A stretch of 64,000 nucleotides of DNA from an uncultured Acidobacteriota bacterium (lineage in GTDB: Bacteria; Acidobacteriota; Thermoanaerobaculia; UBA5066; Gp7-AA6). Shown piece after piece: positions 56,124 to 64,000 of this stretch (its first letter is position 1; the number at the start of each line of letters is the position of its first letter). Where the stretch lies: the NCBI GenBank assembly GCA_963764715.1, contig CAVXTP010000026.1, forward strand, positions 22,346 through 86,345, written 5' to 3'. The notes under the pieces are model-generated. The model had not been told where the DNA came from. It searched no databases and saw only the letters and a program-made list of their open reading frames with translations. The translations under genes and the position numbers were made by a program.

Positions 56124-57005
56124 ATGGCGCGACACTCCCGTCCCAACACGCTCCTCGGCCTCGTCCTTTTCCTCGGCGCCTTCGCCCCGGCCGCGCGGCC
56201 CGCGAAGCCCGACGACTCGATCCAGGCGATTCGCTACGGGACCATCCCGGGCTTCCCCGTGTCCGATCTCGTCATCGGCGCGCCCGAGGGCGAAAAGCTC
56301 GACATCGCCATGGTCATCTGGCTGATCCGGGGCGGAGGCCACAACGTTCTCTTCGACACCGGCTTTCATCGCGAGAAGTGGCTCAAGGAGTTCCCCATGA
56401 CCGACTACCTGCGGCCGGACGAGGCGGTGAAGCTCGCCGGCGTCCGACCCGAGGACGTGACCGACATCGTCGTCAGCCACGCCCACTGGGACCACATGGG
56501 CGGCATCGACCTCTTCCCAAACGCGACCGTGTGGATCCAGAAGCAGGAGTTCGCCTACTACACCGGCGACGCCTGGCAGCCGGGCGGCCAGCACGGAGGC
56601 ATCGATCCCGACGACGTCGCGGCGCTGGTTCGGAAGAACACGGACGGCCGACTCCGCCTCGTCGACGGCGACGACGTCGAGATCCTCCCCGGCATCCGCG
56701 CCTACACGGGAGCGCGCCACACCTTCGCGTCGCAATACATCCGTGTCGAGGGCCAGCCGGCCTACGTGCTCGCCTCGGACAACTGTTACCTCTACCGGAA
56801 CCTCGCCGAGCACAAGGCGAGCGCCACGTTCAGCGAGGCGGATCAGCCCGCTAACATCCGGAACCAGGCGCGGATGATCGAGCTCGCCGGTTCGGCGGAC
56901 CGCGTCGTGCCCGGACACGACGCGAAACAGTTCGAGAAGTACCCGACGCAGGGGCGAGTTGCGGTGGTCCGGTCGGCGACACAGGTTTCTCCGGGTCAGC
57001 CCTGA
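56124..57005 (+). CDS. Secreted AHL-lactonase-like MBL-fold protein
   Basis: DTGF, SHAHWDHMGG, HT..SQ, LASD, VPGHD. Confidence 0.82.
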   Translation: MARHSRPNTLLGLVLFLGAFAPAARPAKPDDSIQAIRYGTIPGFPVSDLVIGAPEGEKLDIAMVIWLIRGGGHNVLFDTGFHREKWLKEFPMTDYLRPDEAVKLAGVRPEDVTDIVVSHAHWDHMGGIDLFPNATVWIQKQEFAYYTGDAWQPGGQHGGIDPDDVAALVRKNTDGRLRLVDGDDVEILPGIRAYTGARHTFASQYIRVEGQPAYVLASDNCYLYRNLAEHKASATFSEADQPANIRNQARMIELAGSADRVVPGHDAKQFEKYPTQGRVAVVRSATQVSPGQP

Positions 57006-57035
57006 TCGCGCACCCCCGCCGGACCCGTCGAGAAG

Positions 57036-57686
57036 TCAGGACTGACCCTCCCGCCGACTCACCTTCTCCGCCCACCGCTTCCAGGCGGCCGACATCTGCG
57101 GGACCGCGATCAGGCGCGCCGCTTCGGCGCGGTCGCGGGTGTAGATGCGGAAGACGTCGCGGACCGAGAGGCCGTGATCGGGCTTCGAAAGAAGGCGGAC
57201 CTCGTCCCCGGCGCCGACGTCGCCCTCCACGACGATGCGCAGGTACGCGCCCGGGCGGAGCGCCTCGGTGAAGAGGCGGACGAACCCGGGATCGTTCATC
57301 CGCACGCCCAGGCGCCAGCACGGCACCCGCGGCTCCGACACCTCGAGGACCGTCGTGCCGACCGCCCAGCGTTCGCCGACGAGCGCGTCGTTGACGGCGA
57401 CGCCTTCGGTCGTCAGGTTTTCGCCGAACTCGGCGTTTGCGAACGGCCGGCCCATCTTCGACTCCCACCAGCGGGCGTCCTCCGACGCGTAGGCGTAGAC
57501 CGCCTTGTCGGGACCGCCGTGCGCTTCCCGATCGGCCTGCTCGTCTGCCGCCAGGTTGACGCCGGCGACGGCGACCCTTCCTGAGACCGGAAACTTCCAG
57601 ATCGCGCTTCGGGCCGGGCGCCCGTGGTAGTCGAACTCCCGCGGCCCGCCGACGTTGACCGAAAGCACCGTGCCGACCGCAGCCAC
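57036..57686 (-). CDS. MOSC domain protein (YiiM-like) with 3-alpha tail
   Basis: HGGPDKAVYAY, FGENLT, EPRVPCWRL, RPGAYLRI. Confidence 0.9.
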   Translation of the reverse strand: MAAVGTVLSVNVGGPREFDYHGRPARSAIWKFPVSGRVAVAGVNLAADEQADREAHGGPDKAVYAYASEDARWWESKMGRPFANAEFGENLTTEGVAVNDALVGERWAVGTTVLEVSEPRVPCWRLGVRMNDPGFVRLFTEALRPGAYLRIVVEGDVGAGDEVRLLSKPDHGLSVRDVFRIYTRDRAEAARLIAVPQMSAAWKRWAEKVSRREGQS

Positions 57687-57735
57687 TCGCGCCTCCCCCG
57701 ATTCGTTCCCGGGCCTCGAAGCTTCGACCGACGAG

Positions 57736-58029
57736 TCAGCGCCCCCGCCGGATCGCTTCCACCTTCCGCTCGCAGTCCTCGTCGATTCGCTGCCGGTCGA
57801 TCCGGTAACCGTTCTCGGCCTTCTCGCGCTCGGCGGGATCGTCCGTCTGCTTCAGGGCATCCCGGAAAAGGATCTCCCGCTCGGCGAGCCGCGCGGCGGC
57901 GACCCGTCGAACCTCGGCGATCTCCTCCTTCTGCTTGGCGCTCAGCGGACCCTTCTTCGTTCCCGCGGGATCCGCGGCGCGAAGGCGTTCCATGGCGAGC
58001 TCGTAGGAGGATTTCGGTTGTTTGCCCAT
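57736..58029 (-). CDS. Small helical hypothetical protein
   Basis: KSSYELAMERL, LSAKQKEEIAEVRR coiled-coil. Confidence 0.65.
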   Translation of the reverse strand: MGKQPKSSYELAMERLRAADPAGTKKGPLSAKQKEEIAEVRRVAAARLAEREILFRDALKQTDDPAEREKAENGYRIDRQRIDEDCERKVEAIRRGR

Positions 58030-58118
58030 GGGGGGCATGCTATCCGACCGGCACCGGCCGTTCCCGAACCCGTGGACGGAGAACGGCCCTCCCCAATAGA
58101 CTGCCGGCAGGTTCTCCG

Positions 58119-59282
58119 ATGACCGTCAACTCCAGAGCCACCACCGTCGCGATGTCGAAGGCCTCGCGCGCGGCGCGCGGGAAGGCGCTGCTGCTCCCGC
58201 AGCAGGTCATCACGAGCCCCGAGACGCGGCTCCAGTATCGGATCGACAGTCTGCTCGGCCAGGGAGGGTTCGGCCAGGCTTACCTCGCGAAACGGGTGAC
58301 GCGCTCCCTCGCCGTCCCGTCCGTCGTCGCGATCAAGGCGAGCGAGCACATCGACGGGTGGCTCCGCGAGGCCTATTTCGGACAGCGTCTCGCGGGGCAC
58401 GCCCGGGCGATCCGCGTCTTCGACGCGTTTCCCCTGATGCGGGACGACGGCAGCGTTCTCTACTGCCTGGCGCTCGAGTACGCGAAGCACGGCGACCTGC
58501 GGTCCTATCTCCAGCGCACCGGGAAGGGGTGGGCCGAGAGGACCGCGCGGCGCGAGATCGCCGGGATTCTCGAGGTCCTCGGGCGGCTCCATCGAGGTCA
58601 GCTGCTCCACCGGGACCTGACCCCGATGAACGTCTTCGTCTGCGAAGGAGTCAGCCTGAAGCTCGGCGACTTCGGCATCGTGCGGGACCAGAGCGACCGG
58701 CGCGGCATCGACGCCCGCACGCTGAACCCGTGGGGAGTCCCGAGCGACATCCTGTCGGGCGCGGCGCCCAAGTGGCAGGCGCGCGACGACGTCTACCAGG
58801 TCGGGCAACTCCTCGGCATGCTCGTGAAGGGAACCGCGGCGGCCCGGATTCGCACCGGCGAGGTCCGCCGCCTGCGCTGCTCCGATCACCTCAAGGAGAT
58901 CGTCTATCGCTGCATCGGCGAGCGCCGGAAGCGCTACGAGAGCGCCCACGAGTTGATCGACGCGCTGACCCATCCGCCCGCGGCGCTCAAGGTCGGCCGG
59001 CTGAAGTCGCTCAAGGGGGCGCATCTCGCCTTCACCGGCATCCTGACGACGCGCCGCAGCGAGGCCGCCCGCGCCGCGCGCCGCGCCGGCGCAACCGTCC
59101 ACGGCTCGCCGTCCGCGAAAACGACGGTCGTCGTCCGCGGCCGCCCCAACCCGCTCCAGGCCGCCGGAAAAGACGCCGGCCGGAAGCTGCTGGAGATCAA
59201 GCGGCTGCGTGAGAAGGGACACCGCATCACCCTGCTCAACGAGACGCAGTTCTGGCGGCTGGCGGGGCGGAAGAGGAGCTGA
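58119..59282 (+). CDS. Ser/Thr protein kinase fused to a C-terminal BRCT domain
   Basis: LGQGGFG, VAIK, HRDLTPMN, DFG, DDVYQVG; then LKGAHLAFTG..GATV..SAKTTVVVRG..ITLLNETQF. Confidence 0.82.
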   Translation: MTVNSRATTVAMSKASRAARGKALLLPQQVITSPETRLQYRIDSLLGQGGFGQAYLAKRVTRSLAVPSVVAIKASEHIDGWLREAYFGQRLAGHARAIRVFDAFPLMRDDGSVLYCLALEYAKHGDLRSYLQRTGKGWAERTARREIAGILEVLGRLHRGQLLHRDLTPMNVFVCEGVSLKLGDFGIVRDQSDRRGIDARTLNPWGVPSDILSGAAPKWQARDDVYQVGQLLGMLVKGTAAARIRTGEVRRLRCSDHLKEIVYRCIGERRKRYESAHELIDALTHPPAALKVGRLKSLKGAHLAFTGILTTRRSEAARAARRAGATVHGSPSAKTTVVVRGRPNPLQAAGKDAGRKLLEIKRLREKGHRITLLNETQFWRLAGRKRS

Positions 59283-59372
59283 TCCTCCGCCGGCGGAAGC
59301 GATTCCGCCATGGGGCACGGGGCAAAGAGCACGGGGATGCGGGCGCAAGCGCCTGCCCGCGTCCCCCACCGG

Positions 59373-60596
59373 TCAGCGCAGCGACTCGAAGCCCTTGCGA
59401 ATGTCCGGCACCAACCGCAGCGGCTGTTCCCACGCCGCGAAGTGCCCGCCCTTGTCGTGCCTGGCGTAATGGATGAGCCCGGGATACGCCTTCTCCGCCC
59501 AACTCCGCGGCGCCGGGCAGATCTCGTCCGGAAAGACGCTCACCGCCACCGGAAGGGCGACCTGCTTCGGGGCGAAAAAGGCCAGCTTGTTCTCCCAGTA
59601 GAGGCGGGCCGATGACACGCCCGTCCTCGTCAGCCAGTAGAGCGTGATGTTGTCGAGAATGTCGTCTCGCGTCAGCCCTTCCTCCTGCCCATCAAAGACG
59701 CGCGCGATGAGCTCGTAGCTGCGTATGTCGTGATCGATCATCCAGGCGGCCAGGCCCACCGGCGAATCCTCGATGCCGTACAGCGTCTGTGGATGGTTCC
59801 CCATCTCCAGGGCGTAGCCCAGGCCGTGCTTGTAGAAGAAGGCGAGCTGGTCATAGGCCTGCCTCTCGTCTTTTGAGAGATCGGCCGGCGGCGGGCCGCC
59901 CGCGAAGGCCGCCTGGTCGACGTTGCCTGGCACGGCGCCAGGCATGTTCGTGTGGATGCCGAGCAGTCCAGACGCCGCCTGCGCGCCCATCTGATCGACG
60001 ATCACCGCGCCCCAATCTCCGCCCTGGGCGACGTAGCGAGTGTAGCCGAGGCGCTTCATCAACTCGGTCCAGGCGCGCGCAATGTGCTGCGGATCCCAGC
60101 CGGTCGTCGTCGGCTTGCCGGAAAATCCGTAACCCGGCATCGACGGAATCACCAGATGGAACGCGTCCGAGGCGCTGGCGCCATGTGCCGTCGGATCGGT
60201 GAGCGGCTCGACGATTTTCAGCTGCTCGAGGACCGACCCGGGCCATCCATGCGTGACGATGAGGGGCAACGCGTTCGCGTGCTTCGAGCGCACGTGAATG
60301 AAGTGGATGTCCACCCCGTCGATGTTCGTCAGAAACTGCGGCAAGGCGTTCAGCCTCGCTTCGACCTTGCGCCAGTCGTGCCCCGTCGCCCAATACCGCG
60401 CGAGTTTCTGCATCGTCGCGAGCTGCACGCCTTGCGCCGCGTCGGTGACGGTTTCCCGCTCAGGCCACCGGGTCGCCGCAATGCGGCCTTTCAGGTCGGC
60501 GAGCGCTTCATCCGAAAAGTGGACACGAAACGGGCGGATGGCGTCTGTGCCGGTGTCCGTCGCCGCGTCGCTCTGAACGATCTCGACTGGAGTCAT
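59373..60596 (-). CDS. Epoxide hydrolase (EHN plus alpha/beta hydrolase)
   Basis: IRPFRV, HGWPGS, GYGFS, QGGDWG, GGHFAAWEQP. Confidence 0.92.
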   Translation of the reverse strand: MTPVEIVQSDAATDTGTDAIRPFRVHFSDEALADLKGRIAATRWPERETVTDAAQGVQLATMQKLARYWATGHDWRKVEARLNALPQFLTNIDGVDIHFIHVRSKHANALPLIVTHGWPGSVLEQLKIVEPLTDPTAHGASASDAFHLVIPSMPGYGFSGKPTTTGWDPQHIARAWTELMKRLGYTRYVAQGGDWGAVIVDQMGAQAASGLLGIHTNMPGAVPGNVDQAAFAGGPPPADLSKDERQAYDQLAFFYKHGLGYALEMGNHPQTLYGIEDSPVGLAAWMIDHDIRSYELIARVFDGQEEGLTRDDILDNITLYWLTRTGVSSARLYWENKLAFFAPKQVALPVAVSVFPDEICPAPRSWAEKAYPGLIHYARHDKGGHFAAWEQPLRLVPDIRKGFESLR

Positions 60597-60725
60597 GCTG
60601 GCCTCCTTAGTCTTTCTGGGGTGCAGGGGGCAGTCCTGATTTGCTGATGTCGCCGGCCCGTGAGGTGGTTGCGGGAGAACCTGGCGATCGCCCGTCCTGT
60701 CGCTCGCCCGCCCCGCTCCTTTCAC

Positions 60726-60929
60726 TCAGTCGACGAGAACGAAGGTCACCTTCAGGGTCACGCGATATTCCGTGATCTTCCCTTTATCGACAATCGCCTT
60801 CTGCGACTTGACCCACGCCGCCCGGACGTTCTTCAGCTTCTTGTTCGCCCGTTCGATGCCCACGACGACGGCATCGTCGAAGCTCTTCGTAGACGAGGCG
60901 ATGATCTCGCTGACCTTGGCAACGGCCAT
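60726..60929 (-). CDS. Dodecin family protein
   Basis: SSTKSFDDAV..GIERA, YRVTLKVTF; 67 aa. Confidence 0.88.
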   Translation of the reverse strand: MAVAKVSEIIASSTKSFDDAVVVGIERANKKLKNVRAAWVKSQKAIVDKGKITEYRVTLKVTFVLVD

Positions 60930-61042
60930 GACTTTCCTCCTTCGGGCGGACTTTGCCGCGCTGTCGATTCCGAAAGAGGAACGCCCCCCGCCCCGCCCCG
61001 GTTCCGCGGGAAGAGGGGGTTCCTCGCCTCGCTCCTGCTCGC

Positions 61043-61936
61043 TCAGACCTGGACTTCCGGCCTCCGGGCTTCAGGGCTGCCGCCGGCTTTCCGCTTCTCG
61101 GCCTTCTGTTCCTGCCTCGTCCCGATGAACTCCAGCAGGTCCGCGTTGACCCGATCCTTCAGTGTCGTGCACATCCCGTGCGGCGCGCCCTCGTAGACCT
61201 TCAGGATCGCGCCCGGAACCAGGTTCACCGTGCGCCTCGCCGTCACGTCGATCGGCACGACCTGGTCGTCGCTGCCGTGGAGGATCAGCGTCGGAACGTC
61301 GAACTTCTTCAGATCCTCGGTGAAGTCCGTTTCCGAGAACGCCTTGATGCAGAGGTACGACGCCGCGAAGCCCGTCAGCGTGCTCTGGAGCCAGAACGAG
61401 GCGCGCACGCCCTCGGAGGCCTTGGCGCCCGGCCGGTTGTAGCCGTAGAACGCCTCACAGAAATCCTTCCAGAACTGGGCGCGGTCGGCGGCGATCGTCG
61501 CACGGATGCCGTCGAAGAGCTCGATCGGCATTCCGCCGGGATTCGCAGCCGTCTTCAGAAGCCCCGGCGGGACGGCGCTGATGAGCACCGCCTTGGCGAC
61601 GCGCTTGGTGCCGTGCCGGCCGATGTACCGGGTGACCTCGCCGCCGCCGGTCGAGTGGCCGATGTGAATCGCGTCCTTCAGATCGAGCTCCTCGACGAGC
61701 GCCGCGAGATCGTCGGCGTACGTGTCCATGTCGTTGCCGTCCCAGGACTGGCTCGAGCGGCCATGGCCGCGCCGGTCGTGGGCGACGCAGCGATAGCCGT
61801 GGGACGCCAGGAAGAACATCTGATCTTCCCAGGCATCGGCCGTGAGCGGCCAGCCATGGCTGAAGACGATGGGCTGACCCTTGCCCCAATCCTTGTAATA
61901 GATCTGCGTGCCGTCTTTGGTTGTGATGAAGCCCAT
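61043..61936 (-). CDS. Non-heme haloperoxidase-like alpha/beta hydrolase
   Basis: [35 protein letters not shown]. Confidence 0.9.
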   Translation of the reverse strand: MGFITTKDGTQIYYKDWGKGQPIVFSHGWPLTADAWEDQMFFLASHGYRCVAHDRRGHGRSSQSWDGNDMDTYADDLAALVEELDLKDAIHIGHSTGGGEVTRYIGRHGTKRVAKAVLISAVPPGLLKTAANPGGMPIELFDGIRATIAADRAQFWKDFCEAFYGYNRPGAKASEGVRASFWLQSTLTGFAASYLCIKAFSETDFTEDLKKFDVPTLILHGSDDQVVPIDVTARRTVNLVPGAILKVYEGAPHGMCTTLKDRVNADLLEFIGTRQEQKAEKRKAGGSPEARRPEVQV

Positions 61937-62090
61937 GGGCTCCTCCTTTCGTCGCCGAGGCTATCGGCGGGCTGGGAGGGAAGACGTTCCAAACGACCTA
62001 AATCGTCCAAATCGCCCGAATTTTGCGATAGCATCCGGACGATCGCTTCGGGGCTGATGCAAGGCCCGGAACGAGTCGCGGGAGGCAGAC

Positions 62091-63050
62091 TTGGCCACCG
62101 CTGGCGCCCATCCACGAGGACCGGTACTCGGCAACGCCATTGGCGCTTCCAGGGCAGCCGAGCGTCCGCTCACTCCCCCGATTCAGCTCCTGCGGCACGG
62201 AAGGCGAACCCGGTTCCTGGATGCCGCTCCCAGGCTGTCGAGCAGCCCGGTCCGGTGGCGCCAGATTGCCGTCGAGGAGTATGCGGTCCCGGCCTGTCTC
62301 ATCGAGCGTCACGAGCACCCGGACGTCTTCCTGCACATCGTTTTGACCGGGTCCGTCAAGTACGAGGTGAGCACGCGAGGCCGGTCGAAGCGGTTCGACG
62401 CGATCCCGGGAACGACGTTCATCCTGCCGCGCGGGACGGTCGACGAGATCCGATGGGAGGGTCCGACTCGCCGTCTGGCCGTCGCGATCGATCCTGACCT
62501 GCTGGCAGGAGCCTCAAACGAGACGATGGGCCGCGAGGACGTCGAGCTCGTCGAACATTGGGCCCTGGTCGATCCCCACCTTGCAGCAATTCTTCAGGCC
62601 ATGAGAGCGGATCTTGCCGATGGCTCCCCCGCCGGCCGGCTGTACGGCGAATCGCTGGCGAATGCTCTGGCCGTGTACCTCGTGGGTCGTTACGGCGCGC
62701 GACCCGCGGCGCTCCGGAGTTCCAAAGGAGGAATGCCCGGACGTCGACTCCGGAGAGTCCTCGATTACATCGGCGAGAACCTGACGAGGGATCTGGGCGT
62801 GAGGGAGCTCGCCCGTGTCGCCGGAATGAGCCCTCATTACTTTTCGGAGCTCTTCCGAAGAAGCGTGGGCCGCCCTCCTCATCAGTATGTTCTGCTGCAA
62901 AGAATCGAACGCGCCAAGGAGTCCCTTCGAAACCCGAAGCGCTCCGTCCTCGAGGCCGGCTTGTCGGCGGGCTTCGAGAACCCCAGCCATTTCGCGCGTG
63001 CGTTTCGCCGGGTCGTGGGTGCGACCCCAAGACAGTTCCGAGCGGGCTGA
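62091..63050 (+). CDS. AraC family transcriptional regulator (start uncertain)
   Basis: LYGESLA, LRRVLDYI, MSPHYFSELF, GFENPSHFARAFRR. Confidence 0.88.
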   Translation: MATAGAHPRGPVLGNAIGASRAAERPLTPPIQLLRHGRRTRFLDAAPRLSSSPVRWRQIAVEEYAVPACLIERHEHPDVFLHIVLTGSVKYEVSTRGRSKRFDAIPGTTFILPRGTVDEIRWEGPTRRLAVAIDPDLLAGASNETMGREDVELVEHWALVDPHLAAILQAMRADLADGSPAGRLYGESLANALAVYLVGRYGARPAALRSSKGGMPGRRLRRVLDYIGENLTRDLGVRELARVAGMSPHYFSELFRRSVGRPPHQYVLLQRIERAKESLRNPKRSVLEAGLSAGFENPSHFARAFRRVVGATPRQFRAG

Positions 63051-63073
63051 CCTGGCCGGGGGTTGAAGAGCGG

Positions 63074-64000
63074 ATGGACAAACCTCGCATCTTCCTCGGT
63101 TCGTCGGGCAAGCAGGCGAAGCTGCTCCAGGCGCTCACGCGCGGCCTCGAAGAAGTCGCGCGGGTCGATCCCTGGACGACCTCCTTCAATCCCGGTACGA
63201 CGACCCTCGAGCGCCTCGTCGAGCTCACGCACGAAGTCGACTTCGCCGCGTTCGTGTTCGCTCAGGACGATTGGACGGCCCCCAGCCCGCCGGCGCCGGC
63301 GTCGACCGGCTCGGGCCAGGCTTCGCCCCGGGACAACGTCGTCTTCGAGGCGGGCCTCTTCGGCGGCGTCCTCGGGATGCGCCGAACTTTCATCCTCCAC
63401 GCCAACGGTTCGAAGCTGCCGACGGACTTCCTCGGCCTGACGTGCATCCGCTACGGTGACGGCGCGCTCGCGGCGGAGGTGCGCGCCGTGAACCAGAAGC
63501 TGCGGGAGGCGATCGAGAGAGAAGGGCGCCGCGCCCGCATCGAGGGCCTGTGGTGGCAGTTCTCCCTCACCGAGCGCAGTCGGGAGGAGCCGTCGGCCGT
63601 GAGCCTGCTTCGGATCGCGCGGGACCGCGACGGCGCCCTCGAGGTCACCGGCCGCGCCTGGCAGGAAGACGGCAAGCTCTCCGCCAGGTACTGGAGCGAA
63701 GCGTCGAAGGAGAAGAAGGATCCCGCGGGTGTCTTCTACTTCTTCCATGCAGAGCGGCCCATCGACCCGGATGCCCCGGAGTACGAAGGGACCGGAGAGA
63801 TCCGGCTGGAGAACGCCGATCGCGCGTCCGGCTACTGGACGACTCGCGCCGACGGGCCGGTGAAGGTGAACAAACGGACGGTCGGCGTCTACCTGCGCGC
63901 CGAGCCGGAGGACCTGACAGTCCTCGATGGACGCGACAATCGGCAACGCGTCAAGTTGATCGCGGACCGGCTCAAGCACTGGAAGTCGATCAAGAGCGCG
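63074..64000 (+). CDS. CAP12/Pycsar-type TIR domain fused to a beta-barrel domain; runs off the window end (absent from the ORF track)
   Basis: Manual translation: MDKPRIFLGSS..DFAAFVFAQDD..PRDNVVFEAGLF..KLPTDFLG, then IEGLWWQF..GVFYFF..EGTGEIRL..ASGYWTT; no stop before 64000. Confidence 0.82.
   Translation, partial: MDKPRIFLGSSGKQAKLLQALTRGLEEVARVDPWTTSFNPGTTTLERLVELTHEVDFAAFVFAQDDWTAPSPPAPASTGSGQASPRDNVVFEAGLFGGVLGMRRTFILHANGSKLPTDFLGLTCIRYGDGALAAEVRAVNQKLREAIEREGRRARIEGLWWQFSLTERSREEPSAVSLLRIARDRDGALEVTGRAWQEDGKLSARYWSEASKEKKDPAGVFYFFHAERPIDPDAPEYEGTGEIRLENADRASGYWTTRADGPVKVNKRTVGVYLRAEPEDLTVLDGRDNRQRVKLIADRLKHWKSIKSA

Noticed and set aside
33969-57005. Antibiotic resistance island (beta-lactamase-like, MBL and VOC genes)
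   Set aside because: These are generic hydrolase superfamily members common in soil bacteria; there are no mobile elements or specific resistance signatures.
62882-63979. 365-aa minus-strand ORF at the window end
   Set aside because: Antisense shadow of the TIR gene, which has clear motifs on the plus strand.

Overview
A very GC-rich (roughly 70% by eye), gene-dense bacterial window, most likely Acidobacteriota: it carries four ADOP-type duplicated ABC permeases and three acidobacterial PadR regulators. About 57 genes encode secreted hydrolases and peptidases, efflux and transport proteins, redox or detox enzymes and one-component regulators. I found no rRNA, tRNA, CRISPR array or transposase. 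Most long ORFs in the supplied track are antisense or alternate-frame shadows. Main observations: (1) The three ADOP permeases with an N-terminal helical prefix each follow a PadR gene with its own tandem palindromic operator. The fourth has no prefix and no PadR, and instead has a consensus sigma-54 promoter with an enhancer-like site. None has an ATPase nearby. (2) An ORF missing from the track runs off the right edge (63074->64000) and fuses a CAP12/Pycsar-type TIR domain to a Cap15-like beta-barrel. (3) A Ser/Thr kinase-BRCT fusion. (4) A circularly permuted, Tat-exported D-amino acid oxidase. (5) Three dispersed secreted proteins share an NTF2-like module. (6) GTAG-type REP elements supply stop codons. 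(7) Many promoters look leaderless. (8) Two genes are multiply frameshifted and two are short remnants. All family calls come from motifs recognised by eye; no database search was run.
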